Part shown: positions 46,388 through 55,800 of the stretch, in pieces
Layout of the letters: the number at the start of each line of letters is the position of its first letter
Numbering within the stretch: the first letter of the stretch is position 1
NCBI GenBank assembly: GCA_020633625.1
Contig: JACKDJ010000024.1
Coordinates: 2,660-66,659, forward strand
Source: Myxococcales bacterium
Lineage (GTDB): Bacteria > Myxococcota_A > Bradymonadia > REDH01
Length of the DNA: 64,000 nt
Direction of reading: 5' to 3'
Notes under the pieces: model-generated
Told to the model about the DNA's origin: nothing
Database searches by the model: none
What the model saw: only the letters and a program-made list of their open reading frames with translations
Translations under genes and position numbers: made by a program

Positions 46388-47510
46388 CGTGCGCTCCGAT
46401 CAAGAACTCTGTGGCGAGCATGCCGGCATAGCCCGGCCGCGGCTTGTTCTCGTCGAGGTCCGACTCGAGCTGCAGCCGCACGCGAGAGAAGTGGCTCGGG
46501 TAGTACGTCGCTGCGACCGTGCCGCGACGCCGGTTCTCGACCCATTCAGGATCAGCCGGGTCGTCCTTCACGCCCGACATGCACTCCCAGCGGAGCCCGA
46601 GGTCCCACCGCGGACTGAACGTCACGACGGACTGCGCCACGAACCCATGGTCACGCAGCGACGCGCCCGGAACCTGCCGCGCTCGCCCGAAGCCCTCGAG
46701 CGCGAGCGAGAACGCGCGGCGGTTCGGGGAGTCAGGAGGGCGCACACGAAGATATAGGTCTGCGCCGACGATCGCCGACCGGTTCCCGTTCCCGGTGCCG
46801 TTGGGTCCAAACTGCCCCGACCCGCCAAACATCACGGTCGTCGCGGCCGAGGCATCGACCGACTGCTTCAGGGCAACGGTGTAGAGAAAGTCCTCGAGCC
46901 CGCGGATCGGCACGTCCTCCGACCCGAGAAAGCTGCGCGCGCAGCACTCGCCACGAGCGTCCGTGACAGACGCGACCGCCTCGACGAACCACGGCAGCGG
47001 CAGCAGCCACGAGACCTCGGTGCCGAGCCCGCGGCTGCCCTCTGACCCGAACAGCTTCCCCGGCGCGATCGCCTGGTCGACGAAGGCCCGCGCGTGCGGG
47101 TGGGTCGGGTTCATACGCCCGAAGCGGGTCAGAAACTGACCCACGCGGAGCTGCAGCCGGCCCGGAAGCGCGGTCGTCGTCGCGTAGGCCTCTTCGACCT
47201 CGACGCCGAACTGCGAGAACACGATGTTCGCCTGTGCGGTGAAGAACGGGTCGACCGCCGCCTCGAGGTGCATCTCGAGCTGCTGCAGCGTAAACCCCGT
47301 ATGGTTCGGATCGTGCCCCCCGAGCTGGTCCGGCTCACGCTCCGAAAAGTATGCCAACGCCGTGTCGAGAATGAGCGACATCGCGGGGTTGGCCGCCGCA
47401 GGGTCCGACGTCGACTGGGCTCTCGCCGCACCCGCGCCGACCATCGCGACCGCCCCGACGACCAGGCAGCACAGCGCGGCCCGGGAGACGTTGGCCCCCA
47501 GCGAGCTCAT
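46371..47510 (-). CDS. putative outer-membrane beta-barrel protein with His-rich motifs
   Basis: Signal peptide (AGAARAQS). Alternating amphipathic beta pattern with a C-terminal aromatic (GAHGAHSF). His clusters GGHDPNH and NPTHPH. ATGA overlap with the znuA stop. Confidence 0.6.
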   Translation of the reverse strand: MSSLGANVSRAALCCLVVGAVAMVGAGAARAQSTSDPAAANPAMSLILDTALAYFSEREPDQLGGHDPNHTGFTLQQLEMHLEAAVDPFFTAQANIVFSQFGVEVEEAYATTTALPGRLQLRVGQFLTRFGRMNPTHPHARAFVDQAIAPGKLFGSEGSRGLGTEVSWLLPLPWFVEAVASVTDARGECCARSFLGSEDVPIRGLEDFLYTVALKQSVDASAATTVMFGGSGQFGPNGTGNGNRSAIVGADLYLRVRPPDSPNRRAFSLALEGFGRARQVPGASLRDHGFVAQSVVTFSPRWDLGLRWECMSGVKDDPADPEWVENRRRGTVAATYYPSHFSRVRLQLESDLDENKPRPGYAGMLATEFLIGAHGAHSF

Positions 47511-48439
47511 GGACCGCTCAGCGCAGCAAACAGCGCATCGGTCATGGCGCGAACGTGCTGCTCATAGGTCTGTCCCGCCGAGAATCGGGTCTGGCTCTCG
47601 AGAACGACCAACGACGCCCCCGCGAGCTGCGCGATCTGCCGCGAGTCGTTCGTCGGGTAGTATTCTTCTTGTACCAGCACGCGTGCGCCCGTGTCACGCA
47701 CTACGCCCAACACTTCGGCTACGCGGGCCGGCGACGGCGGCACACCCGGGCGGGGCTCGACGGTGGCGACCTGCGTCAGGCCGAGCCAGTCGAACAGGTA
47801 CGTCAGCGACTCATGGTAGGACACCACCTGACGCTGAGCCGGCGACAGCGCCGCAAACCTCGCGCGCTGCGACTCGGCGAGCGCCGTGAGAGACGTCGAA
47901 AGTCGAGCAGCGTTCGCCGCGTAGATCGCGGCGTTCCCCGGGTCGAGCTCGGCGAGTCGGCTCGCAATCGCGACGCCGACGTCGACACCGCGGCGCGCGT
48001 CACACGAGAAGTGTGGGTTGCCTGCCGAGTGCACGTCGCCCATTGACCGATCGACGCCGCCTGCCGGGACCTGAAGGAGCTGGACCGTCGCGGCGGCGTC
48101 GAGATATCCGCGCGCCCCCGACGCGATGGCTGCGTTGCGCGACTGCGCGAGGACCGGCGGAAGCCACCCCACCTCGAGCTCTGCCCCGTTGACGACGAGC
48201 AGGTCCGCACGGCTCAGCGTGACGACGAACGACGGACGGGGATCCACGAAGTGGGGATCCTCCGTCGGCGCCGCGAGAACGTCTACGCGCACCGCCTCGC
48301 CGCCGACCGCCGCGACGAGCGCGCCAAGGTCCCCGGTCGTCGCGACGACGCGGACCGTCGCCTCCGCGCGCCCGGGCCAACTCGCCAGGAGCGCCGCGAC
48401 GACGACCGGACCGAAGAGCCGAACCCAAGCTGCTGACAT
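47507..48439 (-). CDS. znuA: metal (probably zinc) ABC transporter substrate-binding protein, TroA/ZnuA cluster A-I
   Basis: Signal peptide, then VVATTGDLG, EDPHF, GNPHF and SYHESLTYL. There is no His-rich loop, so Zn specificity is inferred only from the neighbouring Fur-family gene. ATG 48439. Confidence 0.75.
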   Translation of the reverse strand: MSAAWVRLFGPVVVAALLASWPGRAEATVRVVATTGDLGALVAAVGGEAVRVDVLAAPTEDPHFVDPRPSFVVTLSRADLLVVNGAELEVGWLPPVLAQSRNAAIASGARGYLDAAATVQLLQVPAGGVDRSMGDVHSAGNPHFSCDARRGVDVGVAIASRLAELDPGNAAIYAANAARLSTSLTALAESQRARFAALSPAQRQVVSYHESLTYLFDWLGLTQVATVEPRPGVPPSPARVAEVLGVVRDTGARVLVQEEYYPTNDSRQIAQLAGASLVVLESQTRFSAGQTYEQHVRAMTDALFAALSGP

Positions 48440-48493
48440 CGTAACGCTCCGTCTAGGTCGCGGCCGGACCGGCCGCGGTCGTGTGTCATATCG

Positions 48494-48537
48494 CAATTGA
48501 TAACGCATTTGCAATACTGGTCAATGATAATCGGTTC
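48494..48537. promoter_or_regulatory. AT-rich divergent promoter region with Fur/Zur-box-like repeats
   Basis: The local sequence CAATTGATAACGCATTTGCAATACTGGTCAATGATAATCGGTT sits in about 70% GC surroundings. AATGATAATCG resembles the Fur-family GATAATGATAATCATTATC core. ATTGATAAC-N-..TTGCAAT is an imperfect inverted repeat. Confidence 0.45.
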
Positions 48538-48577
48538 GCACTATCAGGTAGCGTCGCCGCGCAAAGAGGTCGGTCCC

Positions 48578-49381
48578 ATGGACATCACCGCAGTCATCGA
48601 GCTCGATCAGGTCCGCTTCGGATACGGCGGCGAGGCACTCCTGCCGCCGGTCAGCGCGTCCATCTACCCGGGAGAACTCTGGGTGATCGTCGGCCCGAAC
48701 GGGGCCGGGAAGTCGACGCTGCTGAAGACCGCCCTCGGGCTGCTCCGCCCGCTCGGCGGTCGTGTCAGCCGTGGCGGGACGATCGGCTACGTCCCGCAGC
48801 GGTCGCGGTTCGAGGACGGTGTCCCGGGCCGCTCGATCGACGTCGTCTGCTCAGGGGCGGGCCGAGGTTGGTCGTTCCTTCGCCCCTGGACGGGCCCCGC
48901 GACCCGCACGCGGGCACGGTCGGTCCTTCGAGAGGTGGGTGCGGAACCGCAGAGTCAGTCGGCCTTCGCCACCCTGAGCGAGGGTCAGCGACAGAGGGTT
49001 GCGATCGCCCGCGCGCTGGTGGATCGCCCCGACCTGCTGGTGCTGGACGAGCCGACGAGCGCGATGGACGTCGTCGCCGAGCACCGGGTGATGGAGCTGC
49101 TCGAGACGCTCCGACGCACGCGCGGATGCGGGGTGCTGATGGTGAGCCACAACTTGCCGGTCGTCGCGGAGTTCGCCACCCACGCGCTGATCCTGGACCG
49201 GGAGGGGCCGCTCGCGTTGGCGGGCCCGGTCGCGGAGCTGGGCGATCGGCCCGAGGTGGTCGCTCGCTACGGCGACCTGTTCTCAGCGGCCCGGTGCGCC
49301 GGGGGGCCCCGAGCGTCGACGCCGCACGGCGCGCGCGAGCACGGCCATCACGCACACCTCGGCGGCGAGGCGTCGCGATGA
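48578..49381 (+). CDS. znuC: metal ABC transporter ATP-binding protein
   Basis: Walker A GPNGAGKST, signature LSEGQRQR, Walker B LLVLDEPTSAMD. AAGAGG RBS before ATG 48578. Confidence 0.9.
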   Translation: MDITAVIELDQVRFGYGGEALLPPVSASIYPGELWVIVGPNGAGKSTLLKTALGLLRPLGGRVSRGGTIGYVPQRSRFEDGVPGRSIDVVCSGAGRGWSFLRPWTGPATRTRARSVLREVGAEPQSQSAFATLSEGQRQRVAIARALVDRPDLLVLDEPTSAMDVVAEHRVMELLETLRRTRGCGVLMVSHNLPVVAEFATHALILDREGPLALAGPVAELGDRPEVVARYGDLFSAARCAGGPRASTPHGAREHGHHAHLGGEASR

Positions 49382-50250
49382 TCGCGACGCTCCGCGACTT
49401 CGTGTCTCTGTGGGAGCTCTTCCGGTACCCGACGCTTGCGGGCGTCTTGGCTGGCGCGGCGCTGGGCCTGCTCGGGGTCTACATCGTGCTGCGGCGGATG
49501 GTGTTCTTGAGCGCCGCCCTGTCGCAGGTCGCGAGCCTCGGCGTCGCGGCTGGGGTGTTCGTCCAGGCGCGACTGCTCGGCCACCCCTCGGAGGGGGGCG
49601 ACGCGCTGGGATGGGCAACAGCGCTGACACTCGCGGTGGCGATCGCGCTGACGAGGTCGCGAAAGCTCGGAGGTGATCGCGCGCTCGGCTTCGTGTTCCT
49701 CGGCAGTTGGGCCGGCACCCTCGCGCTTGGTACGCGCATCGTCGCGGAGCTGCACGACATCGAGTCCCTGCTGTCGGGCAGCGCCGTGGCAGTGCTCCCC
49801 GACGACTTTCGCGCGCTCGTGACGTGGTTGGTACCGATGCTTCTGCTCCACGTCTGGTGGTGGCGTGGGTTCTCGGCGGTGACGCAGGACGCCGACGACG
49901 CGCGGGTCCGCGGCCTCCCGGTGACCTTGCTGGAGACGGCGCTGGTGATCTCGCTGGCGATGGGGATCTCGGTCGTCACGCGAGTCTTGGGCGCCCTCCC
50001 TGCGTTCGCGTTCTCGGTCCTCCCGGCGCTGGCCGCGCTGGCGATCGCCCCGAACCTCGGGTGGGCGCTGATCGCGGCGGCGGTCGTCGGTGCGACGTCC
50101 GGAGGCGTCGGGTACGTGGTGTCGTACGGACTGGAGCTGCCGGTGGGCGCGGCTCAGGCGCTGGTCGGCGCGGCGCTGACGCTGTGCTGTGGGGCGGTGG
50201 CAGTCACGGTCGCGCGCCTACGCGCACTCCTGACAAAGTCCGAACAGTAG
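49378..50250 (+). CDS. znuB: metal ABC transporter permease
   Basis: 290-aa polytopic ABC-3 family protein (LAGVLAGAALGLLGVYIVLRRMVFL). ATGA overlap with the znuC stop. It is the C-terminal part of the 589-aa ORF 48481..50250. Confidence 0.85.
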   Translation: MIATLRDFVSLWELFRYPTLAGVLAGAALGLLGVYIVLRRMVFLSAALSQVASLGVAAGVFVQARLLGHPSEGGDALGWATALTLAVAIALTRSRKLGGDRALGFVFLGSWAGTLALGTRIVAELHDIESLLSGSAVAVLPDDFRALVTWLVPMLLLHVWWWRGFSAVTQDADDARVRGLPVTLLETALVISLAMGISVVTRVLGALPAFAFSVLPALAALAIAPNLGWALIAAAVVGATSGGVGYVVSYGLELPVGAAQALVGAALTLCCGAVAVTVARLRALLTKSEQ

Positions 50251-50598
50251 GACTTCGTGCCCGCGGACGACGAAGCCGGGCGGGAGCCCAACTTCGTCGA
50301 CGTGGTCGCATCCATGGACGTCGTAGACGCGTCCGCAGGCGTCGCAGCGGAAGTGGTGGTGGTGGTCATGTTCGGCCAACTCGTAGCGGGACGCCTCGCC
50401 GGGAAGGTCGACGGCAGCCAGCCAGCCACTGTCGAGGAGCGTCTTGATGTTCCGATAGACCGTCGCGAGGCCGAGGTTCGGCACGCGTTGCTGGGCGAGC
50501 TCGAGGATCTCGGCCGGCGTCAGCGGGCGATTCGCGGCGCTGATCGCGCGACGGATCGCGGTCTTCTGTTCGGTGCGTCGTACGTTGGGGGCAGACAT
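50218..50598 (-). CDS. zur: Fur-family metalloregulator, probably Zur
   Basis: wHTH (LATVYRNIKTL), HDHHHHFRCDACG and C-terminal CQEC. Adjacent to znuCB. Its 3' end overlaps the znuB 3' end by 33 nt. Confidence 0.75.
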   Translation of the reverse strand: MSAPNVRRTEQKTAIRRAISAANRPLTPAEILELAQQRVPNLGLATVYRNIKTLLDSGWLAAVDLPGEASRYELAEHDHHHHFRCDACGRVYDVHGCDHVDEVGLPPGFVVRGHEVLLFGLCQECA

Positions 50599-50723
50599 GA
50601 GCAGACGATAGCGCGAGTGGCTGCCATCCGCACGCGGCGCGCGTCGGCGAGCGGCGTGACTGGCCTGCTCGGGCCGGGGCTGCTAGGTGCCCGGCCGGTA
50701 CCGGACACGACCGAGAGGTAGAG

Positions 50724-51272
50724 ATGCGGGCGCGACTTGTGCAGCTTCTTCGAGAGCACAGCTACCGCGAAGGCGACTTCGTGTTGGCGAGCGGACGTCG
50801 GAGTCGTTTCTACGTCGACGTGCGGCGGACATCGCTGACGGCGGAGGGGGCGGCGTTGATCGGCGAGCTGCTCCTCGACGAGATCGAGGCCACCGGCTGG
50901 CCTGTCGCTGGGGCCGGCGGCATGACGCTGGGTGCCGACCCGCTCGCGACTGCGGTCGCGATCGCGTCGTGGCGGCGCGGCGCGCCACTGTCGGCGTTCC
51001 TGGTGCGGAAGGCTGCGAAGGGGCACGGCGCGGGGCGTCGCGTCGAGGCGGCGGGCACATTGGCGTCCGGCGCGCGGGTGGTCGTGCTCGACGACACGGT
51101 GACCACGGGCGGGTCGACGCTGGAGGCGGTCGCGGCGCTGCGCGACGAGGGCTACGAGGTCGCCGGTGCGATCTGCGTGGTCGACCGCGGCGAGGGCGGC
51201 TCCGAGGCGCTCGCCGCGGAGGGGATCGAGCTCCGAGCGCTGTTCTCGCTGGCGGATCTCGCGGTTTCGTGA
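50724..51272 (+). CDS. pyrE: orotate phosphoribosyltransferase
   Basis: GDFVLASGRRSRFYVD, and the PRPP loop VVVLDDTVTTGGS. Confidence 0.9.
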   Translation: MRARLVQLLREHSYREGDFVLASGRRSRFYVDVRRTSLTAEGAALIGELLLDEIEATGWPVAGAGGMTLGADPLATAVAIASWRRGAPLSAFLVRKAAKGHGAGRRVEAAGTLASGARVVVLDDTVTTGGSTLEAVAALRDEGYEVAGAICVVDRGEGGSEALAAEGIELRALFSLADLAVS

Positions 51273-51362
51273 TCGGCGGCGCGCGTCGCGCGGGTCGAGG
51301 GTTGTTGCAGGGGTACCGGGCGGGTGCTAACGTCCGCGCCGGTCGTACATTGGAGGAGTCCC

Positions 51363-52295
<933 letters not shown>

Positions 52296-52369
52296 TCTCC
52301 TACGCTGGACGCGGGCGGGCCTGCTGCGAGCAGTGCTCGCCCGCGGAGCGGGCGCCCTCCCCGTCGACG

Positions 52370-53878
52370 CTAGCCCCCGAAGAGGTCGGCGAGATAGCGG
52401 AACGAACCGCTGCGAGAAGCGTGCGGTGCCACCGTCGCCGCCGCGGCCGGTCCGATCAGCTCGAGCGCCACAGTCGCCAAGGGCTCATCGAGCTCGTTCG
52501 CGCCAGCGCAGTCGACAACCACGCCAACCCCCTCGCACCACCCGAGGCGGCCGATCAGCTCGATTGCGCCTCGCCGCACGCGCCGGTCGTCGCTCCGGGC
52601 GAGGCCAATCACCGCCGCGCGCAACCCGTCATCCTCGCCAAACGACTCCACGACAGACTCCAGATACACGGCCAGCCAACCGTAGCAGGCGTGATACCTG
52701 GCGACCCACTCCGCCGCGCACGCGCACGTGTCGACGTCTGCGAGCACGGCGCCCAGCTCCGCCGGAGAGACCGGCGCCCGAGCCATCACCAGGTCTAGGA
52801 GCGCCCCCACCCCGGCGGGGCCCGCGGAGCGAGCGACGAGTCGAACCCACTCAGAGTCTCCCTCGTTCCAGCCGGATCGGCGTGCGGCGCGGAGAAGCTC
52901 GACGGCGTGCTCCGGGCCGCGGCGCGCAACCACCGCCGCCGCCATCCATCGCCCCGGCGTCATCGACGTCGCGACCCGCCGGAGCTCTTCGTCGACACGC
53001 ACGTCGCCGACGCGGGCCGACGCCCATCGGACCCACGCGATCGACCCGACCTCGTCCTCGCACTTCTCCTGTCCCCACCCGATCGCACGGGCGCGCTCGC
53101 TGTGGCGCACGGCCTCGTCGAGCACGCAGAACAGGTCGGTGAGCGCCACGTCGGTGGCCTCGGTCGGTGCGGCCCCGCTGGCGAGCCGCTCAGCGGCGAG
53201 AAAGGGCGACGCGAGCGGCTCGAGGGCAAGCCAGCGCGCCCGAGCGCGCCGACCCGCTGGCGACGGCATCGACGCCAGCACGCGCAGCGCCGCCGGCTCT
53301 GTCACCGAGTCCGGGGCGGTCGAGGCACGGACCAGCGTCGACGCATTCGACATCGACGTCGCGAGCGCCTCAACCCCCGCCCGCGCCGCGAGCCTGCGCG
53401 CGAGGAGCGCCTCTGTCTCGAGCGAGATCCGGCCAAGCCCGTCGACCTCCAGAACTGCCGGCCCGAGCGTATCCGCGATCCGGGCGATCGCGGGGATCGC
53501 GGGGTGCCCACGGTGCAGGCCGCCGAGCACCTGGAACATCGCCGCCGCCCCGACCCGCTGCAGATCCGCGATCGTCTGTTCGATCGCCCGCTGATGCGCT
53601 GCCTCGAGCCCGTCGTCGTCGAGGCGACGCAGCCGCTCCAGCAGCGGCGTGAGGCCTTGCGCCCCGCGGAGCAGGATCCGGTTCCTGGCCGCCCGCTGCT
53701 CTTCGGGGTCCGCGGCGGCGAGCGACTCGATCGTGTCCCGGTCTGCTATGCCCCGCTGGAGCGTCCGCTTCGAGGCGCGCGCTCGGTCCGACTCTCGCTG
53801 GTGCGTGAAGATCGCGAGCGCTGCGAACGCGCCGACGAACGCAGCGACGACGACGAGCGCCACCGCAGAGGCGCTCAC
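52370..53878 (-). CDS. hypothetical single-pass membrane protein with long alpha-helical (HEAT-like?) domain
   Basis: GTG 53878 overlaps the upstream stop (GTGA). TM helix AVALVVVAAFVGAFAALAIF, then about 470 aa of Ala/Leu/Arg-rich helical sequence. No family recognised. Confidence 0.45.
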   Translation of the reverse strand: MSASAVALVVVAAFVGAFAALAIFTHQRESDRARASKRTLQRGIADRDTIESLAAADPEEQRAARNRILLRGAQGLTPLLERLRRLDDDGLEAAHQRAIEQTIADLQRVGAAAMFQVLGGLHRGHPAIPAIARIADTLGPAVLEVDGLGRISLETEALLARRLAARAGVEALATSMSNASTLVRASTAPDSVTEPAALRVLASMPSPAGRRARARWLALEPLASPFLAAERLASGAAPTEATDVALTDLFCVLDEAVRHSERARAIGWGQEKCEDEVGSIAWVRWASARVGDVRVDEELRRVATSMTPGRWMAAAVVARRGPEHAVELLRAARRSGWNEGDSEWVRLVARSAGPAGVGALLDLVMARAPVSPAELGAVLADVDTCACAAEWVARYHACYGWLAVYLESVVESFGEDDGLRAAVIGLARSDDRRVRRGAIELIGRLGWCEGVGVVVDCAGANELDEPLATVALELIGPAAAATVAPHASRSGSFRYLADLFGG

Positions 53879-54372
53879 GGTGAACCCCGGAGCGCAGCGG
53901 CGCACGCGGTGATTCCGGCGTCGACGCCGGTCTGCTCGACCTCGCGGAGCCAGCGCTCCGCGACGGCCAGATCGCCCGCCCTCGCAGACTCCGCCGTGAG
54001 CCGGAGCGCGAGATCCCGGCGCAGCGCGAGGCGGTCGAACCCGACGTCGAGCGGCGCCGCCGGGTCGTACACCCATCGGTACAGGTACTGGCGCGCCTGA
54101 GCGGGCGTCGCCGGCTCACGCATCGAGCCAGCCGCCTCGGCGCGAGCGGAGTCGAGCAGCGCCTCTGCCTCCCCGCCGGCAACGACGAAATCTCCGCGCT
54201 CGAACGGCCCGACCAGCGACGGCGGGAGCTCACGGTGGCCCCTGACTCCTTCGGCGAGCGTCACGCACGCGGACGGTTCCGCCGACTGTGCAGCGCCCCG
54301 CGGACCTACCGGCGCGCCGCCACACGCGGCGGCCGACAGCACGAGCACCGCTGCTACAACCCTGTTCATCAT
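53875..54372 (-). CDS. hypothetical lipoprotein
   Basis: MMNRVVAAVLVLSAAACGG lipobox. 165 aa. The upstream 180 codons of ORF 53875..54915 were rejected. Confidence 0.5.
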   Translation of the reverse strand: MMNRVVAAVLVLSAAACGGAPVGPRGAAQSAEPSACVTLAEGVRGHRELPPSLVGPFERGDFVVAGGEAEALLDSARAEAAGSMREPATPAQARQYLYRWVYDPAAPLDVGFDRLALRRDLALRLTAESARAGDLAVAERWLREVEQTGVDAGITACAAALRGSP

Positions 54373-54540
54373 CTCCGTGTGCGCCGAGTCTCCGGCGGCG
54401 TCAACGGAATCGGTCACTTGCGACGCGCACCAGTCCGCCCGCGCGCTGCTCTTCTCGACGCGACGTCGGCGCCGCGCTAGTGACCCACGCCGTCGACGCG
54501 GGCGGCGCTCGCGCGCCGCGCGCCCACACCGAGCCTCTCC

Positions 54541-55800
54541 ATGAGTGACCACAGCCTCGCGTTCCGCTCCGTCCCTCGCACCGGCGTCATCTACGTGATG
54601 ACCGAGGCCGCGAAGCTCGGCTTCCACTACGGAAATGAGGCGTGGGCGAACCTCGGTCAGGGAGCCCCCGAGGTCGGCCCACTCGCGGGTGGACCGGAGC
54701 GAATCCACGCGATCGACTTCGACCCGCGCACCTACGAGTACTCGCCGGTGCCGGGCATCGAGGACCTCCGCGCTGCCGTCGCCGAGCTCTACAACCACCG
54801 CTATCGGCGGGGGATGGCGAGCCAGTACTCGGCCGAGAATGTCGCGATCGCAGGCGGCGGACGCCTGAGCCTCTCCCGCCTCGCCGCCGCGCTTGGCCGC
54901 ACGCACGTCGGCCACTTTCTCCCCGACTACACGGCATACGAGGAGCTCCTAGAGCTCTTCGAGATGTTCACGCCGATCCCGATCCCGCTCGACGTCGACG
55001 CCGGCTACTCGCTGACGGCCCCCGGCCTGCGCCGAGAGATCGTAGAGCGTGGCCTCGGCGCCGTTATCTTCAGCAACCCGTCGAACCCGACCGGACAGCT
55101 CACCGGCGGCGCCAAGCTGTCCAGTTGGGTCGAGGTCGCCCGCCAGACCCGCTCGTTCCTGCTGATCGACGAGTTCTACGCCCACTACGTCTGGGACTCG
55201 TCGCTGTCGCCATCGGGCTCGGTGAGCGCGGCCGCGTTCGTCGAAGACGTGAACGAGGACCCCGTCGTCATGCTCGACGGGCTCACCAAGAACTGGCGGT
55301 ACCCGGGCTGGCGCATCGGGTGGACGGTGGGGCCGCGCGACGTGATCGAGCGCGTGTCGAGCGTCGGGTCATTCCTCGACGGCGGCGCGCCGCACCCGCT
55401 CCAGCGAGCCGCGATCCCGCTCCTCGCCCCCGACGTCGCCGACGCCGAGGCTGCGTCCATTCGGGCGGCCTTCCTCCCCAAGCGCGAGCTGATGCTGCGA
55501 CGCCTCAGCGCGATGGGCATCCGCGTCGACGCGCCGCCCGCGGGCGCCTTCTACGTGTGGGGCTCCGTCGCGGGTCTCCCTGACGGCCTGAACGACGGGA
55601 TGTCGTTCTTTCAGCGTGCGCTCGAGCACCGCGTCATCACGGTCCCCGGGGTCTTCTTCGACATCAACCCCGGCCACCGCCGTCGCACCGTCGACAGCCG
55701 CTTCAACTCGCACCTCCGCTTCTCGTTTGGCCCGAGTCGCCCGGAGCTTGAGCGCGGCCTCGACGCCCTCGAGGCGATGATCAGCGCCGCGCGCGGCTAG
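54541..55800 (+). CDS. PLP-dependent aminotransferase, class I/II
   Basis: GQGAPEVG, NPSNPTG, and the Schiff-base Lys in GLTKNWRYPGWRIGW. 419 aa. Confidence 0.85.
   Translation: MSDHSLAFRSVPRTGVIYVMTEAAKLGFHYGNEAWANLGQGAPEVGPLAGGPERIHAIDFDPRTYEYSPVPGIEDLRAAVAELYNHRYRRGMASQYSAENVAIAGGGRLSLSRLAAALGRTHVGHFLPDYTAYEELLELFEMFTPIPIPLDVDAGYSLTAPGLRREIVERGLGAVIFSNPSNPTGQLTGGAKLSSWVEVARQTRSFLLIDEFYAHYVWDSSLSPSGSVSAAAFVEDVNEDPVVMLDGLTKNWRYPGWRIGWTVGPRDVIERVSSVGSFLDGGAPHPLQRAAIPLLAPDVADAEAASIRAAFLPKRELMLRRLSAMGIRVDAPPAGAFYVWGSVAGLPDGLNDGMSFFQRALEHRVITVPGVFFDINPGHRRRTVDSRFNSHLRFSFGPSRPELERGLDALEAMISAARG

Noticed and set aside
55797-55800. The aminotransferase and MATE genes share a palindromic CTAG that provides the TAG stop on both strands. 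The hypothetical gene and trxA overlap similarly at 36938-36941.
   Set aside because: The overlap is real but is a trivial consequence of compact convergent genes. No functional claim is made.
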